DNA of 64,000 nucleotides from a bacterium (GTDB lineage Bacteria; Krumholzibacteriota; Krumholzibacteriia; LZORAL124-64-63): NCBI GenBank assembly GCA_016712675.1, contig JADJQR010000001.1, positions 3,351,056 to 3,415,055 of the forward strand, read 5' to 3'. Shown piece by piece: positions 62,847 to 64,000 of this stretch (position 1 is its first letter; each line of letters starts with the position of its first letter). The notes under the pieces were generated by a model. It saw only the letters and a program-made list of their open reading frames with translations, ran no database searches and was not told where the DNA came from. The position numbers and the translations under genes were made by a program.

Positions 62847-64000
62847 ATGATTCGGCATCCCGCGGCCACGGACTTCCTGCGGTCGGTGATGCCACTGGCC
62901 GTGCTGGCGACCATCGTCCGGCTCGGCCTGGTCTGGCTCGGCCTGCCGGAAACCCACCTGATCAGCGACGACGCGTACTACTACTTCGTGACGGCCCGCC
63001 ACATCGCCGGTGGCGCCGGCCCGACGTTCGACGGCCTGTCGTTGACGAACGGCTTTCATCCCCTGTGGATGCTGGCGGTGGTGCCGGTGTTCGGCGCATT
63101 CCCCGGCGACCTCTGGCTGCCGGTCCGCACCGCGCTGAGCCTGACGGTCATCTGCGACCTCGTCAGCGGGCTGTTCCTGCATGACCTGGTCAGGCGTCAT
63201 CGTGGCCGAACGGCGGCCTTCACGGCGGCGGCAGCCTGGTTCGTCCTGCCGCCAACGGCCCTGCTCGGGCTGCAGGGACTCGAGGCGTCCCTGAGCACCC
63301 TGATGCTGATGTTCCTGCTGCGCCATCTCGACAGGCTGGACGCAGGGCCCCCCGTCTCGCTCCGTTCAGCGTCGGCCACCGGCATCTGGCTCGGACTGGC
63401 CGGCCTTGCCCGCACCGACAACCTCGCGGCAGGGGGCCTGGCCGTGATTGCCTGCATCATCCTGCAGGGCGGCCGGGGACCGGCCGGGGCCGCGTGGCGC
63501 CGCCTGGTCGCCGCCGGCTCCGCCGCAACCCTCGTCATGGCACCCTGGTTCATCTGGAACCTTGCCCGTTTCGGCAGCCTGGTCCAGGTCTCGGGCCAGG
63601 TGAAGTTGCAGGTTCACGAGCTGTTCGGAGGCCTGCCTTGGGGCTGGGGTGACCTCGGCTCGGCGACGCTCACGTTGCTGCACATGCTGTTCCCGACCAT
63701 GCTGGTTTCTGCCAAGTACCTTTGCGGCGAGCAGTTCGATGGGGGGAGCTTCGCGTTGCCCATCGGGCTGTTGTCCCAGGCGCTCGTCCTGTTCCTCTTC
63801 GCGCTCGGCGCGCGGCGCCGGTGGGCCGACGGGACGTGGCGGGCGTCCATCTTCGTCTTCCCGGTGGTCGTGCTGCTGGCGCATACGGTGCTGTTCGGGA
63901 CCGTCTGGCGGAGCTACGCCACCTGGTATGCGCACGGCTGCTTCGCGCTCATGATCGTCCTGCTCGCGGCCTCCCACGGGCAGAGCGTGCCGGCAACGCC
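62847..64000 (+). CDS. Polytopic membrane protein (possible GT-C-like glycosyltransferase), 3' end beyond the window
   Basis: Hand-read frame from the ATG at 62847 (MIRHPAATDFLRSVMPLAVLATIVRLGL...ISDDAYYYF...) runs without stop to the window end; multiple hydrophobic helices. Confidence 0.5.
   Translation, partial: MIRHPAATDFLRSVMPLAVLATIVRLGLVWLGLPETHLISDDAYYYFVTARHIAGGAGPTFDGLSLTNGFHPLWMLAVVPVFGAFPGDLWLPVRTALSLTVICDLVSGLFLHDLVRRHRGRTAAFTAAAAWFVLPPTALLGLQGLEASLSTLMLMFLLRHLDRLDAGPPVSLRSASATGIWLGLAGLARTDNLAAGGLAVIACIILQGGRGPAGAAWRRLVAAGSAATLVMAPWFIWNLARFGSLVQVSGQVKLQVHELFGGLPWGWGDLGSATLTLLHMLFPTMLVSAKYLCGEQFDGGSFALPIGLLSQALVLFLFALGARRRWADGTWRASIFVFPVVVLLAHTVLFGTVWRSYATWYAHGCFALMIVLLAASHGQSVPAT

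Noticed and set aside
1-64000. CRISPR arrays, insertion sequences, integrases, phage genes
   Set aside because: No regularly spaced direct repeats, transposase or recombinase motifs, or phage structural genes were seen on reading the sequence and ORF translations. Short repeats could still have been missed without a computational repeat search.

Overview
This is a GC-rich (roughly 70% GC) bacterial chromosomal segment with about 43 protein-coding genes and no rRNA, tRNA, CRISPR array, transposase or integrase that I could recognise by eye. The most striking feature is eight secreted proteins that share an ~80-aa C-terminal sorting domain resembling the type IX secretion (T9SS) / FlgD-Ig-like C-terminal domain: two giant gingipain-like C25 peptidases, a beta-helix protein, a trypsin-like peptidase, an HExxH metallopeptidase, a LamG-lipase and two proteins of unknown function. 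One C25 peptidase and the beta-helix protein sit immediately upstream of a pgsB-pgsC poly-gamma-glutamate synthase module on the same strand. Other notable items are a tightly packed AsnB-type amidotransferase / acyl carrier protein / NadE-like / AMP-forming ligase cassette, a 19-heme cytochrome c fused to a membrane cytochrome-b-like domain, a PLP fold-II enzyme near a heme-oxygenase-like enzyme, and a pilT gene preceded by a sigma-54-like promoter and followed by an MshEN/DUF4388 regulator. Housekeeping genes (aconitase, dGTPase, TrmH-family methyltransferase, pseudouridine synthase, MscS, stomatin/NfeD) are interspersed. All protein calls rest on motifs I recognised in the supplied translations; no database search, HMM scan or folding calculation was run. 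The many long ORFs antisense to real genes are treated as high-GC artefacts.
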